Part shown: piece after piece, positions 36,055 through 45,328 of the stretch
How the letters are laid out: each line of letters starts with the position of its first letter
Position numbering within the stretch: the first letter of the stretch is position 1
Sequence record: MN850609.1
Reading direction: 5' to 3' (one strand)
Source of the DNA: Escherichia phage dhaeg
DNA: 64,000 bases
Translations under genes and position numbers: made by a program
Notes under the pieces: generated by a model
The model's database searches: none
Seen by the model: only the letters and a program-made list of their open reading frames with translations
What the model was told of the DNA's origin: nothing

Positions 36055-37227
36055 ATGTCCGATTTAAAATCCCGTTTGATTAAAGCTTCTACTTCTAAAA
36101 TGACTGCCGATCTGACCAAATCTAAATTGTTTAATGGTCGTGACGAAGTTCCTACTCGTATTCCTATGCTTAATATTGCATTGGGTGGTGCGTTGAATGC
36201 AGGCTTACAATCAGGTTTGACAATCTTTGCTGCACCGTCTAAACACTTTAAAACGTTGTTTGGATTAACTATGGTTGCGGCATATATGAAGAAATATCCA
36301 GACGCAATTTGCTTGTTCTATGACTCTGAGTTCGGTGCTTCAGAATCTTATTTCCGTTCAATGGGTGTTGACCTGGAACGTGTGGTTCATACGCCAATCC
36401 AGTCAGTCGAACAACTGAAGGTTGACATGACCAACCAATTAGAAGAAATTACTCGTGGCGAAAAGGTTATTATCTTTATCGACTCCATCGGTAATACTGC
36501 TTCTAAGAAAGAAACCGAAGATGCTTTGAACGAGAAAGTTGTAGGTGATATGACTCGTGCTAAGTCTCTGAAATCTCTGTTCCGTATCGTAACACCTTAT
36601 TTGACTATCAAGGATATTCCTTGCGTAGCAATTAACCATACGGCTATGGAAATTGGTGGAATGTATCCTAAAGAGATTATGGGTGGTGGTACTGGTATTC
36701 TGTACTCTGCTTCTACCGTATTCTTTATCTCTAAACGTCAGGTTAAAGATGGTACCGAGCTCACTGGTTATGACTTCACCCTTAAGGCCGAAAAATCTCG
36801 TACTGTTAAAGAGAAATCAACGTTCCCAATTACTGTGAACTTTGAAGGTGGTATCGACCCGTTTAGTGGTCTGCTCGAAATGGCTACTGATATTGGCTTT
36901 GTCGTGAAACCTAAAGCTGGTTGGTATAATCGTGCATTCCTTGACGAAACTACAGGTGAAATGGTTCAAGAAGAAAAATCATGGCGTGCTAAAGCTACCG
37001 ATTGTGTCGAGTTCTGGGGACCGCTGTTTAAACATGCCCCGTTCCGTGAAGCAATCGAGAATAAGTATAAGCTTGGTGCAATTAATTCTATTAAAGAAGT
37101 CGATGATGCCGTGAACGACCTTATTAACTCTCGTGTCTCTAAGAACGTTGCAGTTAAATTGAGTGGTGACGCTCAAAGTGCTGCTGATATCGAAAACGAT
37201 TTAGAAGAGATGGATTTAGATGACTGA
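36055..37227 (+). CDS. uvsX: UvsX recombinase (RecA-like)
   Basis: 390 aa; N-terminus MSDLKSRLIKASTSK as recalled for T4 UvsX; RecA-fold motifs. Confidence 0.9.
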   Translation: MSDLKSRLIKASTSKMTADLTKSKLFNGRDEVPTRIPMLNIALGGALNAGLQSGLTIFAAPSKHFKTLFGLTMVAAYMKKYPDAICLFYDSEFGASESYFRSMGVDLERVVHTPIQSVEQLKVDMTNQLEEITRGEKVIIFIDSIGNTASKKETEDALNEKVVGDMTRAKSLKSLFRIVTPYLTIKDIPCVAINHTAMEIGGMYPKEIMGGGTGILYSASTVFFISKRQVKDGTELTGYDFTLKAEKSRTVKEKSTFPITVNFEGGIDPFSGLLEMATDIGFVVKPKAGWYNRAFLDETTGEMVQEEKSWRAKATDCVEFWGPLFKHAPFREAIENKYKLGAINSIKEVDDAVNDLINSRVSKNVAVKLSGDAQSAADIENDLEEMDLDD

Positions 37228-37549
37228 TTTATCTGATTTAGATAATTTTGTTAAAGATACTGAAGAGGGTCCTAGTGACCCTCGTTATTATGAGAAATCG
37301 TTAGATATAATCCGTAAGTCAATGGGTTCTGTTAAGCAGGAAATTATGCTTACATTACCCGATGGCACTGCTCACATCATTTATGTGATGAATATTGTTA
37401 TTGAGAAAGATGGAAAAGTGTCGGTTGATTTCGGAACTCCTTCCGAAGACCGAAAAGAAGAGCTAGCGCTTCATGTAGAAAAATGTGTTACAATGCAAAT
37501 ACAAGAAGAACTGGATAAAATTAAATCTAAGAGGTGGTGGAAGTGGTAG
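37220..37549 (+). CDS. gene 40-like protein (by position between uvsX and 41)
   Basis: 109 aa; synteny only. Confidence 0.35.
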   Translation: MTDLSDLDNFVKDTEEGPSDPRYYEKSLDIIRKSMGSVKQEIMLTLPDGTAHIIYVMNIVIEKDGKVSVDFGTPSEDRKEELALHVEKCVTMQIQEELDKIKSKRWWKW

Positions 37550-38973
37550 AAACTATTTTGGCTCAACTGCTAGGCAATAGTGATTATTTCACTAAGGTCT
37601 GGCCTTATATGAATGATTCTTATTTTGACCAGGGTCCGGCAAAGACCCTTTTCAAAGAAATAAAAAAACATGTCAATGAATATAATGCGGTGCCTTCTAA
37701 AAATGCTTTGAGTATTGCATTAGATAACAGCACCCTTTCAGAAGTTGAACACCAAGGAGCTAAAGAGCTTTTAAATTCTCTGAATGCAGGCCCTGAAGAC
37801 CAAGAATGGTTGGTTAAAGAGACAGAGAAATATGTTCAGAAGGCAGCGATGTATAATGCCACTTCAAAAATTATTGAAATTCAAACTAATGCCGACCTTC
37901 CGGTTGAGCAACAAAATAGAAAACTCCCAGGTATTGGTGCCATTCCGGATATCATGCGCGATGCATTATCGATTTGTTTCGATTCTGAATTAGGCCATGA
38001 CTGGATGGATGACTATGAAGAACGTTTTAAAAGTTATTCTGATAAAGCCCGTAAGGTTCCATTCCGTCTTAATATTCTGAATAAGATTACCAAGGGTGGC
38101 GCTGAGTTTGGTACTGAAAACGTATTGTTGGCAGGAACAAACGTAGGTAAGTCTCTTGGACTATGTTCATTGGCTGCTGATTACCTTCAATCCGGTTATG
38201 ATGTTCTTTATATCTCCATGGAGATGGCAGAGGAAGTATGTGCTAAGCGTATCGATGCCAACCTTCTGGATGTATCACTGGATGATATTGATGATGGTCA
38301 CGTCTCATGGCCTGAATATAAAGCTAAGATGGATAAGTGGCGTTCAACTGCTACTTTAGGTCGTTTAAAGATTAAACAGTACCCTACTGGTGGTGCTAAT
38401 GCCGATACATTCCGTGCATTATTAAACGAATACAAGCTCAAACAAAACTTTGTCCCACAGGTCGTTATCGTCGACTACTTGGCTATCTGTGCTTCATCTC
38501 GTACGAAAGTTTTCTCTGAAAACAGTTACGGATTGATTAAGATGGTTGCCGAAGAACTACGTGGCCTTGCAGTAGAGAAGAAATTATTGCTGTGGACTGC
38601 AGCCCAGACTACTCGTGGTGCGAATGTTGCGGCCGAAATCGATATGGCCGATATTGCTGAATCCTTTGGTATTGCACATACGGCAGACTTCATGTTAGGT
38701 GTGGTCGAGACAGAAGAGTTTGCTCAGATGGGTATGCAGATGGTTAAGCAGCTTAAATCTCGTTATGGCGATAAGAGCTACTACAACAAATTTAAGATTG
38801 GTGTTAAGAAAGGAAACCAGCGTTGGTATGAAGTTGAAGACGATTCTAACCCAGGTCCAGTGAACACCGTTCGTGAGGCTACAGGTGAAATGAACCGCCA
38901 AGCAGAGGTCAATCGCCAGTCGCGTGTTAATAGAAGCGATTTAGACGATTTAGCAGCATCTATCAAATTTTAA
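37543..38973 (+). CDS. 41: replicative DNA helicase gp41 (DnaB-like)
   Basis: Walker A GTNVGKS; similarity recalled to T4 gp41; GTG start after GAGGTGG RBS (listed ORF begins 37534). Confidence 0.85.
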   Translation: MVETILAQLLGNSDYFTKVWPYMNDSYFDQGPAKTLFKEIKKHVNEYNAVPSKNALSIALDNSTLSEVEHQGAKELLNSLNAGPEDQEWLVKETEKYVQKAAMYNATSKIIEIQTNADLPVEQQNRKLPGIGAIPDIMRDALSICFDSELGHDWMDDYEERFKSYSDKARKVPFRLNILNKITKGGAEFGTENVLLAGTNVGKSLGLCSLAADYLQSGYDVLYISMEMAEEVCAKRIDANLLDVSLDDIDDGHVSWPEYKAKMDKWRSTATLGRLKIKQYPTGGANADTFRALLNEYKLKQNFVPQVVIVDYLAICASSRTKVFSENSYGLIKMVAEELRGLAVEKKLLLWTAAQTTRGANVAAEIDMADIAESFGIAHTADFMLGVVETEEFAQMGMQMVKQLKSRYGDKSYYNKFKIGVKKGNQRWYEVEDDSNPGPVNTVREATGEMNRQAEVNRQSRVNRSDLDDLAASIKF

Positions 38974-38993
38974 GGAGCTTCGGCTCCTTTTTT
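38974..38993 (+). terminator. rho-independent terminator
   Basis: GGAGC-TTCG-GCTCC plus T6. Confidence 0.75.
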
Positions 38994-39002
38994 GTTTTAA
39001 GG

Positions 39003-39031
39003 GTTTACTTCTCCTGTAGGCATGATACTAT
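39003..39031 (+). promoter_or_regulatory. early promoter (GTTTAC / TACTAT)
   Basis: GTTTAC, 17 bp, TACTAT, AGACCTATCAACT. Confidence 0.65.
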
Positions 39032-39055
39032 AGACCTATCAACTTGGAGAACAAA

Positions 39056-39373
39056 ATGAAAACCATCGACTGTAAAGCAGAATATAAAGTGTATTATCAT
39101 GGAAGTTGTAGTGTTGCTAATATTGGTAATATGCTTTGTCCTCCTGAGGAAACAGGAGTTCTGTCTGAAACTGGTCGTAAGAAAAACCTAAATCGTGTGT
39201 TCTTTACTGAGGACATTGGTTTGGCTAAGATTTATGCTGGACGAGCTGCTCGTTCGGTGGGAGGAGAACCTCGTCTTTATCGTGTAATTGCTCCGGTAGA
39301 TGTGGTTTGTTTAAATGATACCAAAGGCGCTACGGTTTATCACGCTGAATGGGCCTTCTGTGAGGAAATCTAA
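39056..39373 (+). CDS. hypothetical protein
   Basis: internal ATG with GGAG RBS in ORF 39044-39373. Confidence 0.45.
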   Translation: MKTIDCKAEYKVYYHGSCSVANIGNMLCPPEETGVLSETGRKKNLNRVFFTEDIGLAKIYAGRAARSVGGEPRLYRVIAPVDVVCLNDTKGATVYHAEWAFCEEI

Positions 39374-39577
39374 ATGTATAAATTAGAGAACGTAGTGTTT
39401 ATTGGTTGGTTTGAAAACGGTAATATGTTTACCAAAGAAACTGCGCTGGATGTTAGTGACCAAAAAATGATTGAATGGGTTACAGTGCAGTATGCAGAAG
39501 TGAATAATGCACTGGTGAAAGCCTTTGTTAATGACAATAAAGTTTTTGAATATGATGCCCGCATTGAGGAAATCTAA
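39374..39577 (+). CDS. hypothetical protein
   Basis: 67-aa ORF, TAAATG junction. Confidence 0.4.
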   Translation: MYKLENVVFIGWFENGNMFTKETALDVSDQKMIEWVTVQYAEVNNALVKAFVNDNKVFEYDARIEEI

Positions 39578-39718
39578 ATGGAAGAGGTTGAATGTGTAGT
39601 ATGTGGTTGTTCGGTATGTGAAGACCAGGCGGTATTTGATGCTTGGGACAACGCAACTTGTTTAGACTGCGATAGCGAATACGAAGAAATTGCTCATAAA
39701 CATGAAGACGAGGAATAA
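39578..39718 (+). CDS. small acidic zinc-ribbon-like protein (unlisted ORF)
   Basis: 46 codons read by hand; CVVCGC...CLDC; GAGGAA RBS. Confidence 0.4.
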   Translation: MEEVECVVCGCSVCEDQAVFDAWDNATCLDCDSEYEEIAHKHEDEE

Positions 39719-39958
39719 ATGAATATCGTACTAATGAAGCCAACCCCTAGCTCTTTTTGGAATAAATCTTTTGGTAAGCATAATATGTTTATCCAACGCA
39801 CCGTAAGCAGCTGGGAACTAGTTCTTTCAGTCGGTCACAACGATTATGAACAAGAATATGTAGAGTTCTTCGAATTTCCTGTGAAGCCTACTAAGCGTCA
39901 GATTCGTCAGACCAAACGTAAATTCCGTAAAATTTATTTGGAAGATTCGTTAAAATAA
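39719..39958 (+). CDS. hypothetical basic protein
   Basis: 79-aa ORF. Confidence 0.4.
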   Translation: MNIVLMKPTPSSFWNKSFGKHNMFIQRTVSSWELVLSVGHNDYEQEYVEFFEFPVKPTKRQIRQTKRKFRKIYLEDSLK

Positions 39959-39959
39959 A

Positions 39960-39989
39960 GTTTACATCGGTCTATGGTAGTGATACTAT
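39960..39989 (+). promoter_or_regulatory. early promoter (GTTTAC / TACTAT)
   Basis: GTTTAC, 18 bp, TACTAT, AGACCTATCAACT. Confidence 0.65.
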
Positions 39990-40017
39990 AGACCTATCAA
40001 CTAATGAGGAGTTAAAA

Positions 40018-40311
40018 ATGAAAAAGTTATTAATCGCAGCAATCCTTACAGTAGCATCATGTGGCACGGCTCCGGTAACTGCCGGATTGGATAAAGACCT
40101 TTGTGAATGGTCTATGACTGCAGACCAAGAGTCAGTTGAACATCAGATTTACGCTGATATCATGAACATCACTAAACGCGACCGTCCTGATATGGTTAAA
40201 GAAGTATCTGACCAATTGGCTTCTAGTGGTGTTATGCAGTATAACTATGTTCTGTACTGTGATGCTAATTTCGATAACAAAAATATTGTTAAAGAGGTGA
40301 CAGGTGAATAA
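40018..40311 (+). CDS. sp: periplasmic lipoprotein, spackle (Sp)-like superinfection exclusion candidate
   Basis: 97 aa; signal peptide with lipobox VASC; position between 41 and 61; resemblance to T4 Sp recalled with uncertainty. Confidence 0.4.
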   Translation: MKKLLIAAILTVASCGTAPVTAGLDKDLCEWSMTADQESVEHQIYADIMNITKRDRPDMVKEVSDQLASSGVMQYNYVLYCDANFDNKNIVKEVTGE

Positions 40312-40744
40312 GATTAACAGAAATTTAGTTATCAAAAAGCTTCGTTGTAAAAATCCAAATGCACAAGCATACAGGATGTTTTGGAGCGACGACCACCAGT
40401 ACCTAGGTTATTTTCTTGTTGATAGTGATGATAGGATTATATTTGCCCATAAACTTCTTAATAGAGAATTAAACCACTGGGAAGAACTTATTGCAGTGAA
40501 GTCTAAATTATTTTCATGTAATACAATGCACCAATTGGTTTATTTTTTCTCTGATGGTATTCCTGACAAGGTTGAGTTTGAAGGGTTTGAATTTAAAGAT
40601 ATCCTCCGGGACAACGAATTGAATGATGCCGTTAATATGGATATCCCTAGCAAGTATATCAAAAACAGTCTGTTGAAAATTCTGGAAGCTCCGGTTTATT
40701 CAATCGACGACCAGATTTTTAATGCCTTTATGAACCGAGGTTAA
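40304..40744 (+). CDS. hypothetical protein
   Basis: 146-aa ORF. Confidence 0.45.
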   Translation: MNKINRNLVIKKLRCKNPNAQAYRMFWSDDHQYLGYFLVDSDDRIIFAHKLLNRELNHWEELIAVKSKLFSCNTMHQLVYFFSDGIPDKVEFEGFEFKDILRDNELNDAVNMDIPSKYIKNSLLKILEAPVYSIDDQIFNAFMNRG

Positions 40745-40745
40745 T

Positions 40746-40937
40746 ATGACTGCAATGTGTACAGGCTCTAAGATTTCTGTATTCGAACTGTTCGAAGAAT
40801 ATGAAATCGTATCAAAAGACCAAGAAGCTATCCATATTATTGCAGGTGATGGCTTAACTTGGATTATTCCACTTTACCACGAAGATACGTATGAAGTCAC
40901 TGATGCAAATGGTGATAAAGCTATTTTCGTAATATAA
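40746..40937 (+). CDS. hypothetical acidic protein
   Basis: 63-aa ORF. Confidence 0.4.
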   Translation: MTAMCTGSKISVFELFEEYEIVSKDQEAIHIIAGDGLTWIIPLYHEDTYEVTDANGDKAIFVI

Positions 40938-40940
40938 ATA
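40933..40940 (+). promoter_or_regulatory. candidate T4-type late promoter TATAAATA
   Basis: exact TATAAATA octamer 13 nt upstream of small ORF 40954. Confidence 0.35.
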
Positions 40941-40953
40941 AGGCCAGGAGCCT

Positions 40954-41115
40954 ATGAAATCTTTTAAAGAAGTTATGAACGAAGATATGGTCGCAGGCGA
41001 TGCTGATGGAAATCCATCTAATATTGCCTCCGGAACTACCTCAGGCGCAGTCGTCAACAAAGGGCCTGAACAAATCCCATCTAAAAAGCGTAAAGAAAAA
41101 TCCGAAAACGAATGA
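40954..41115 (+). CDS. hypothetical small protein (unlisted ORF)
   Basis: 53 codons read by hand; AGGAG RBS. Confidence 0.35.
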   Translation: MKSFKEVMNEDMVAGDADGNPSNIASGTTSGAVVNKGPEQIPSKKRKEKSENE

Positions 41116-41141
41116 TATAATGGCTCTATTAATTTAGAGCC
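41116..41141 (+). promoter_or_regulatory. extended -10 promoter (TGATATAAT) followed by hairpin GGCTCTA/TAGAGCC upstream of primase
   Basis: TGnTATAAT then 7-bp inverted repeat. Confidence 0.45.
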
Positions 41142-41153
41142 CAAGGAAAAATA

Positions 41154-42182
41154 ATGTCATATGTCGATAGAGAATTTGCTGTACGTGCCTTGAATTACCA
41201 ACCTAAATTCAGACAAGTAACTGGTAGTGATTTTAAATTAAACTGTCGTTGCCGTGTATGTGGTGACTCCCAAAAAGATGAAAACAAAGCTCGATTCTGG
41301 GCCTATCCGGCCAATGACGGCTCTGTAATGCTACACTGTTTTAACTGTGATTATTCGGCAGGAATTAAGAAGTACCTATACGAATACGAACCTGATTTAT
41401 ATCGGGAATATATTCTTGAGAAACATAAAGAGCAATCGTTCGGGAGACAAGCTGCACCTAAGGTGGAGATATCTGAAAAAATTAAAGCTAAGATGCCTGT
41501 AATCGAAAAGCTTAATTTCTGTGAACGATTAGATAGAATGCCGAAGGACCATCCTATTATCAAATATGTGACGTTACGTTGCATTCCTGAAAATAAATGG
41601 AATCGTCTATGGTTTACTAAAGAATGGCCTGCATTGGTTAACTCAGTTAATCCAGGAACCTATTCTAAAGAAATGCCTGAGCCCCGTTTGGTTATTCCTA
41701 TTTTCAATAAGGATAAACAAATAGAAAGTTTCCAGGGTCGAGCCTTGCGTAAAGATGCCCCACAAAAATATATTACAATAAAAGCTCATGACCAAGCTAC
41801 AAAAATATATGGAATGGATACGGTTGACGAACGTCAATTGGTATGGGTTATGGAAGGGCCTATTGATTCTTTATTTGTCCCTAATGCCATAGCAATTACT
41901 GGTGGGTCATTAGACTTATCAGTAGTTCCATGTAAAGAAACAAGAGCGTGGGTAATGGACAATGAACCCCGTCATCCTGACACAATTAAGCGTATGCAAC
42001 GCCTAGTTGATGCTGGCGAAAGGGTTCTATTCTGGGACAAGGCTCCGTGGCCTTCTAAAGATATAAATGATATGGTTATGAAAGATAAAGCTGATATAAA
42101 TGATGTATTGGCATATATGAAAGCTAATATAGCCCAAGGGTTAATGGCAAAAATGAGGCTTTCAAAATATTCTAAAATTTAG
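41154..42182 (+). CDS. 61: DNA primase gp61 (zinc finger + Toprim)
   Basis: 342 aa; CRCRVCGDS...HCFNC zinc-binding region; Toprim-like EGPIDSL, DNEPR. Confidence 0.8.
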   Translation: MSYVDREFAVRALNYQPKFRQVTGSDFKLNCRCRVCGDSQKDENKARFWAYPANDGSVMLHCFNCDYSAGIKKYLYEYEPDLYREYILEKHKEQSFGRQAAPKVEISEKIKAKMPVIEKLNFCERLDRMPKDHPIIKYVTLRCIPENKWNRLWFTKEWPALVNSVNPGTYSKEMPEPRLVIPIFNKDKQIESFQGRALRKDAPQKYITIKAHDQATKIYGMDTVDERQLVWVMEGPIDSLFVPNAIAITGGSLDLSVVPCKETRAWVMDNEPRHPDTIKRMQRLVDAGERVLFWDKAPWPSKDINDMVMKDKADINDVLAYMKANIAQGLMAKMRLSKYSKI

Positions 42183-42379
42183 ACAGGAACTCCGCTAAAG
42201 AATCCAATTATGCTTAACACGTGTTCCATTGTAACCGCTGGTAAAATTACCCCTTGGCTAGCGGCTACAGGGACTACTAGAAGATTCCAAAGGAATACGT
42301 CTAGCGCAAGAAAACCTAACATCATTTTCTTGTCTTTCTTTTCTGCCAATTTCCAGATTTGGTAAAAAATACTGCCCAT
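42179..42379 (-). CDS. small membrane protein on the opposite strand (convergent with primase)
   Basis: 66 aa; AGGAGG RBS 6 nt upstream of ATG on minus strand; no competing + strand ORF across 42183-42470. Confidence 0.55.
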   Translation of the reverse strand: MGSIFYQIWKLAEKKDKKMMLGFLALDVFLWNLLVVPVAASQGVILPAVTMEHVLSIIGFFSGVPV

Positions 42380-42408
42380 GTTATCCTCCTGTTAAATTAA
42401 TATTTATT

Positions 42409-42432
42409 CGCTTTAGTCTAACAGTTTATAAT
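42409..42432 (+). promoter_or_regulatory. candidate middle-type promoter for gene 56 (CGCTTTA box, 11 bp, TATAAT)
   Basis: MotA-box-like motif and TATAAT. Confidence 0.35.
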
Positions 42433-42470
42433 TATCTAACTTATTAATGAATTGAAAAAGGAAAAATATA

Positions 42471-42992
42471 ATGGCTCATTTTAATGAATGTTCTCAACTT
42501 ATTGCTGGTGCTGATAAAGCTGAAGAAGCTTATTTTAATGCTCTGATTCACGAAGATAAAGACCCTCTGCAAGTTATGCTTGATATGCAGAAATCATTAC
42601 AGGTTCGTCTGGCCACTGAAAAATCGGAATTCAACACCAATCCTGATGAACTAGCTACAGCAGGTCAAGTTGTTGATTGGCTTCGCAACCAGAAAGATTA
42701 TATTGATGATGAATTCCGTGAACTGCTGACTTCTCTTGGCGGTATGAGTAATGGCGAAAAAGCTGCCTCTAGTGTGTGGAAGCCTTGGAAAGCCCAACAT
42801 GCTGAATTCCGTAATCGTCGTATTGACGAGTTGTCTCCTGAAGACCAGCTCGAAATCAAATTCGAGATGATTGATATTCTGCACTTTGTTCTTAATATGT
42901 TCCAGGGTCTTGGACTGACCGCTGAAGAAATCTTTAAACTGTATTATCTGAAAAATGCCGAGAACTTTGCTCGTCAAGACCGAGGTTATTAA
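42471..42992 (+). CDS. 56: dCTP pyrophosphatase (dCTPase/dUTPase, gp56, MazG-like)
   Basis: 173 aa; near-identity recalled to T4 gp56 at both termini. Confidence 0.85.
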   Translation: MAHFNECSQLIAGADKAEEAYFNALIHEDKDPLQVMLDMQKSLQVRLATEKSEFNTNPDELATAGQVVDWLRNQKDYIDDEFRELLTSLGGMSNGEKAASSVWKPWKAQHAEFRNRRIDELSPEDQLEIKFEMIDILHFVLNMFQGLGLTAEEIFKLYYLKNAENFARQDRGY

Positions 42993-43160
42993 TGCCTCGT
43001 TTAAATAAACGTCAACTCAAAAAGTTGAATAAGAAAAGGGCTTCGGCCGCTATTTTATTACGTAACGAAATAACTAAAGAAATAGACAGAGAAATCATTG
43101 AAGCTTTGGCGAATTCAAAGTAATAAATACGCCTGTAATTAAACAACAAAGGAGTTAATT

Positions 43161-43394
43161 ATGGGTGGTTTCGTTAATATAAAAACCTTTACGCATCCAG
43201 CTGGTGAAGGTAAAGAAGTTAAAGGTACTGAGGTTTCGGTTCCGTTTGAAATCTATTCTAATGAGCATCGTATCGCTAATTCTCATTATCAGACTTTCCC
43301 TTCTGCAGTTGCGGCCTACTCAACCGTAGTTACTGATGCTGCTGATTGGCGAACTAAGAACGCGGCGATGTTTACGCCAACTGATATTGTTTAA
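43161..43394 (+). CDS. soc: small outer capsid protein Soc
   Basis: 77 aa; GFVNIKTF...HYQTFPS...AAYSTV as recalled for T4 Soc. Confidence 0.7.
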   Translation: MGGFVNIKTFTHPAGEGKEVKGTEVSVPFEIYSNEHRIANSHYQTFPSAVAAYSTVVTDAADWRTKNAAMFTPTDIV

Positions 43395-43400
43395 TTATAA

Positions 43401-43422
43401 GGAACCTTCGGGTTCCTTTTTT
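43401..43422 (+). terminator. rho-independent terminator (GGAACC-TTCG-GGTTCC + T6), copy 2
   Basis: identical hairpin to those at 9102 and 63909. Confidence 0.8.
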
Positions 43423-43433
43423 CGTTTTTAATG

Positions 43434-43463
43434 GTTTACTTTCTTATTGGACCGAGTTAAGAT
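43434..43463 (+). promoter_or_regulatory. early promoter (GTTTAC, weak -10)
   Basis: GTTTAC, about 17 bp, TAAGAT; GAGGAG RBS downstream. Confidence 0.45.
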
Positions 43464-43489
43464 AGACCTATCTTATAGAGGAGAACACT

Positions 43490-43699
43490 ATGTTAAATCG
43501 TTGGATTAAACCAAATAAAACTTTGGATGAAATTATCGCTAATCACGTATTGAAAAAGTACTTCTATACTCCTTGGTATACCGAAGTTATTGTCCATTCA
43601 TTTATGATGCATGAAGACGGTTCTGTCGAATTTAATGCCGAAATCCGTCACGAGACTGATGATATTGATAAAGTTGAATTTAAACGAGGTTTCCTATGA
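43490..43699 (+). CDS. hypothetical protein
   Basis: 69-aa ORF. Confidence 0.45.
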   Translation: MLNRWIKPNKTLDEIIANHVLKKYFYTPWYTEVIVHSFMMHEDGSVEFNAEIRHETDDIDKVEFKRGFL

Positions 43700-44013
43700 T
43701 TCGTTGGCTTAAGAATTTTTTCAAGACCAAACCTGGTGAAGGGATGGTTCCTATCTCGGGCCCAAAGGAATACGTTTACATGGGTGATGGTATGATGGAA
43801 GAAGTTATCCGTCAGCCTGAAAAAGCAGGTAATGTTGGTGTTGGTGCGTTACCACTGAATTCTAAAAAGTTAAAAGAACACCTAGAAACTCGTCGTACAA
43901 ACCATATTGATACCACTCCTATTATGGTTGCGGCTGCCGTTAGTTCTTGGACCGGCGATTCGTCTTATTCTGACTCAGGAAGCTGTGACTCTTCGTCAAG
44001 CTCGTGTGATTAA
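43696..44013 (+). CDS. hypothetical protein with Ser/Cys-rich C-terminal tail
   Basis: 105 aa; low-complexity SSYSDSGSCDSSSSSCD end. Confidence 0.4.
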   Translation: MIRWLKNFFKTKPGEGMVPISGPKEYVYMGDGMMEEVIRQPEKAGNVGVGALPLNSKKLKEHLETRRTNHIDTTPIMVAAAVSSWTGDSSYSDSGSCDSSSSSCD

Positions 44014-44213
44014 TGAAACCTTTATCATGGCTTAAAGATTGGCTAGACCGTCCTGGTGATTATCTTGATGACGGTTGGTTAGACCAAGCTAACGCAGAAA
44101 TGAAACATGAATCTGAGGAATGGATTCTTAAAGGTATCCGTGAAGAACGCGAAAAGAAATTAGAACGCGAGGCCCTTAGGATTATGCGTGATATCTATGG
44201 GGATAAATCATGA
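44013..44213 (+). CDS. hypothetical protein
   Basis: 66-aa ORF. Confidence 0.4.
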   Translation: MKPLSWLKDWLDRPGDYLDDGWLDQANAEMKHESEEWILKGIREEREKKLEREALRIMRDIYGDKS

Positions 44214-44377
44214 CTATTGAAGAAGCTGAAGCACGTACTAAAGAGGCAATGGATTTGCTTCTTAAAATTGGTAGTAAAATGATGGAAGAAAACGAGAAAT
44301 ACATCCAGGAAAATAAAATTCCGGATGGCCCTTTAGTAGGTAAACTAAAAAGAGGAAAACATAATGAAAGTTTATGA
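44210..44377 (+). CDS. hypothetical small protein (unlisted ORF)
   Basis: 55 codons read by hand; ATGA overlap upstream. Confidence 0.3.
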   Translation: MTIEEAEARTKEAMDLLLKIGSKMMEENEKYIQENKIPDGPLVGKLKRGKHNESL

Positions 44378-44855
44378 ACTAGAATTCCATGTGCGTGATT
44401 CATCCGGTCAAACGCGGCCTTATGATGCCACGGCTGCCCTTATCCTTGTTGACAACGGCATGAATTCTATCACCCAATTAGAAACACGATTAAAAGATAT
44501 TAAGCTGCCAGAAAATATTCTAATGAAGGCATATCATAATAAAAATGTTGATGTTGCTGAGGGGTGTCCTTTTAGCCTGGCTGAAGCATTACATATCAAG
44601 GGTTATCGTTATCCGGCGGACCCATATGCCGAAGGAACAATGGATATTTTCTATAAAGATACTGATAGAATGTCCAACGAACGTCTTAAAGGTCGTACAT
44701 ATTTGATTTCCACCACCGAAGACCTTACTGAAGTCGAACGACAGATTTGGAAACACTTTGATATTGGCTTACGTTTTACTATGACTGAAGAAGCTATTCG
44801 TGATGCTAAGTTACGAGCTCGTATGTATGGTTATGGTCCTATCGGTGGTTACTAA
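44364..44855 (+). CDS. hypothetical protein
   Basis: 163 aa; AGAGGAAAA RBS. Confidence 0.5.
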   Translation: MKVYELEFHVRDSSGQTRPYDATAALILVDNGMNSITQLETRLKDIKLPENILMKAYHNKNVDVAEGCPFSLAEALHIKGYRYPADPYAEGTMDIFYKDTDRMSNERLKGRTYLISTTEDLTEVERQIWKHFDIGLRFTMTEEAIRDAKLRARMYGYGPIGGY

Positions 44856-45043
44856 TGGACTTATTTGATATGTTCGTCATTCCGGACCCTGAGCCTGAAA
44901 CAACTCAGGAGCCGCCTATTGACCTTGTCAATGAACTTGATATGATTATACAGAAGCACGGCTTTAAGTTGCCTAAAGATGCCCTGGCCGACCTAGCTTC
45001 TTACTATCAAGACCCTCCACCATGGGCACCTTGGGTAAAATAA
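44855..45043 (+). CDS. hypothetical acidic protein
   Basis: 62-aa ORF. Confidence 0.4.
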   Translation: MDLFDMFVIPDPEPETTQEPPIDLVNELDMIIQKHGFKLPKDALADLASYYQDPPPWAPWVK

Positions 45044-45276
45044 TGAATTGGCTAACAAATATACCTACATCGGCATTAGATATAGACCGTAAACAAGCTC
45101 GTAAGGAAATCGAGCAAAAAAATATTCAGGCAAAAGCTCCTAAGATTATGACCAAGGCGCCGGAAATAAAAAGCTCTTATCAACCAAAAAGCTCTTATAC
45201 TTCATATACCCAATCCTTAACAGGCCAAGCTGCTGACATTGCAGTGTTTGGCGTCCCACTTGGTGTGTTTAAGTAG
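45043..45276 (+). CDS. hypothetical protein
   Basis: internal ATG at TAATG junction of ORF 45022-45276. Confidence 0.4.
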   Translation: MNWLTNIPTSALDIDRKQARKEIEQKNIQAKAPKIMTKAPEIKSSYQPKSSYTSYTQSLTGQAADIAVFGVPLGVFK

Positions 45277-45304
45277 TTTACACCTCCTCCCTTCATGTTA
45301 TAAT
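45276..45304 (+). promoter_or_regulatory. early promoter (GTTTAC / TATAAT)
   Basis: GTTTAC, 17 bp, TATAAT; ACCTCC in spacer complementary to downstream GGAGGT SD. Confidence 0.6.
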
Positions 45305-45328
45305 GACCTCTAAATCACTGGAGGTCAT

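Noticed and set aside
39056-39373. Possible mini ADP-ribosyltransferase (HGS ... Y ... E pattern)
   Set aside because: The motif match is too short and too weak for a 106-aa protein; left as hypothetical.
42992-43027. Possible small gene between gene 56 and soc
   Set aside because: On careful reading the frame stops after 11 codons (MPRLNKRQLKS); too short to call.
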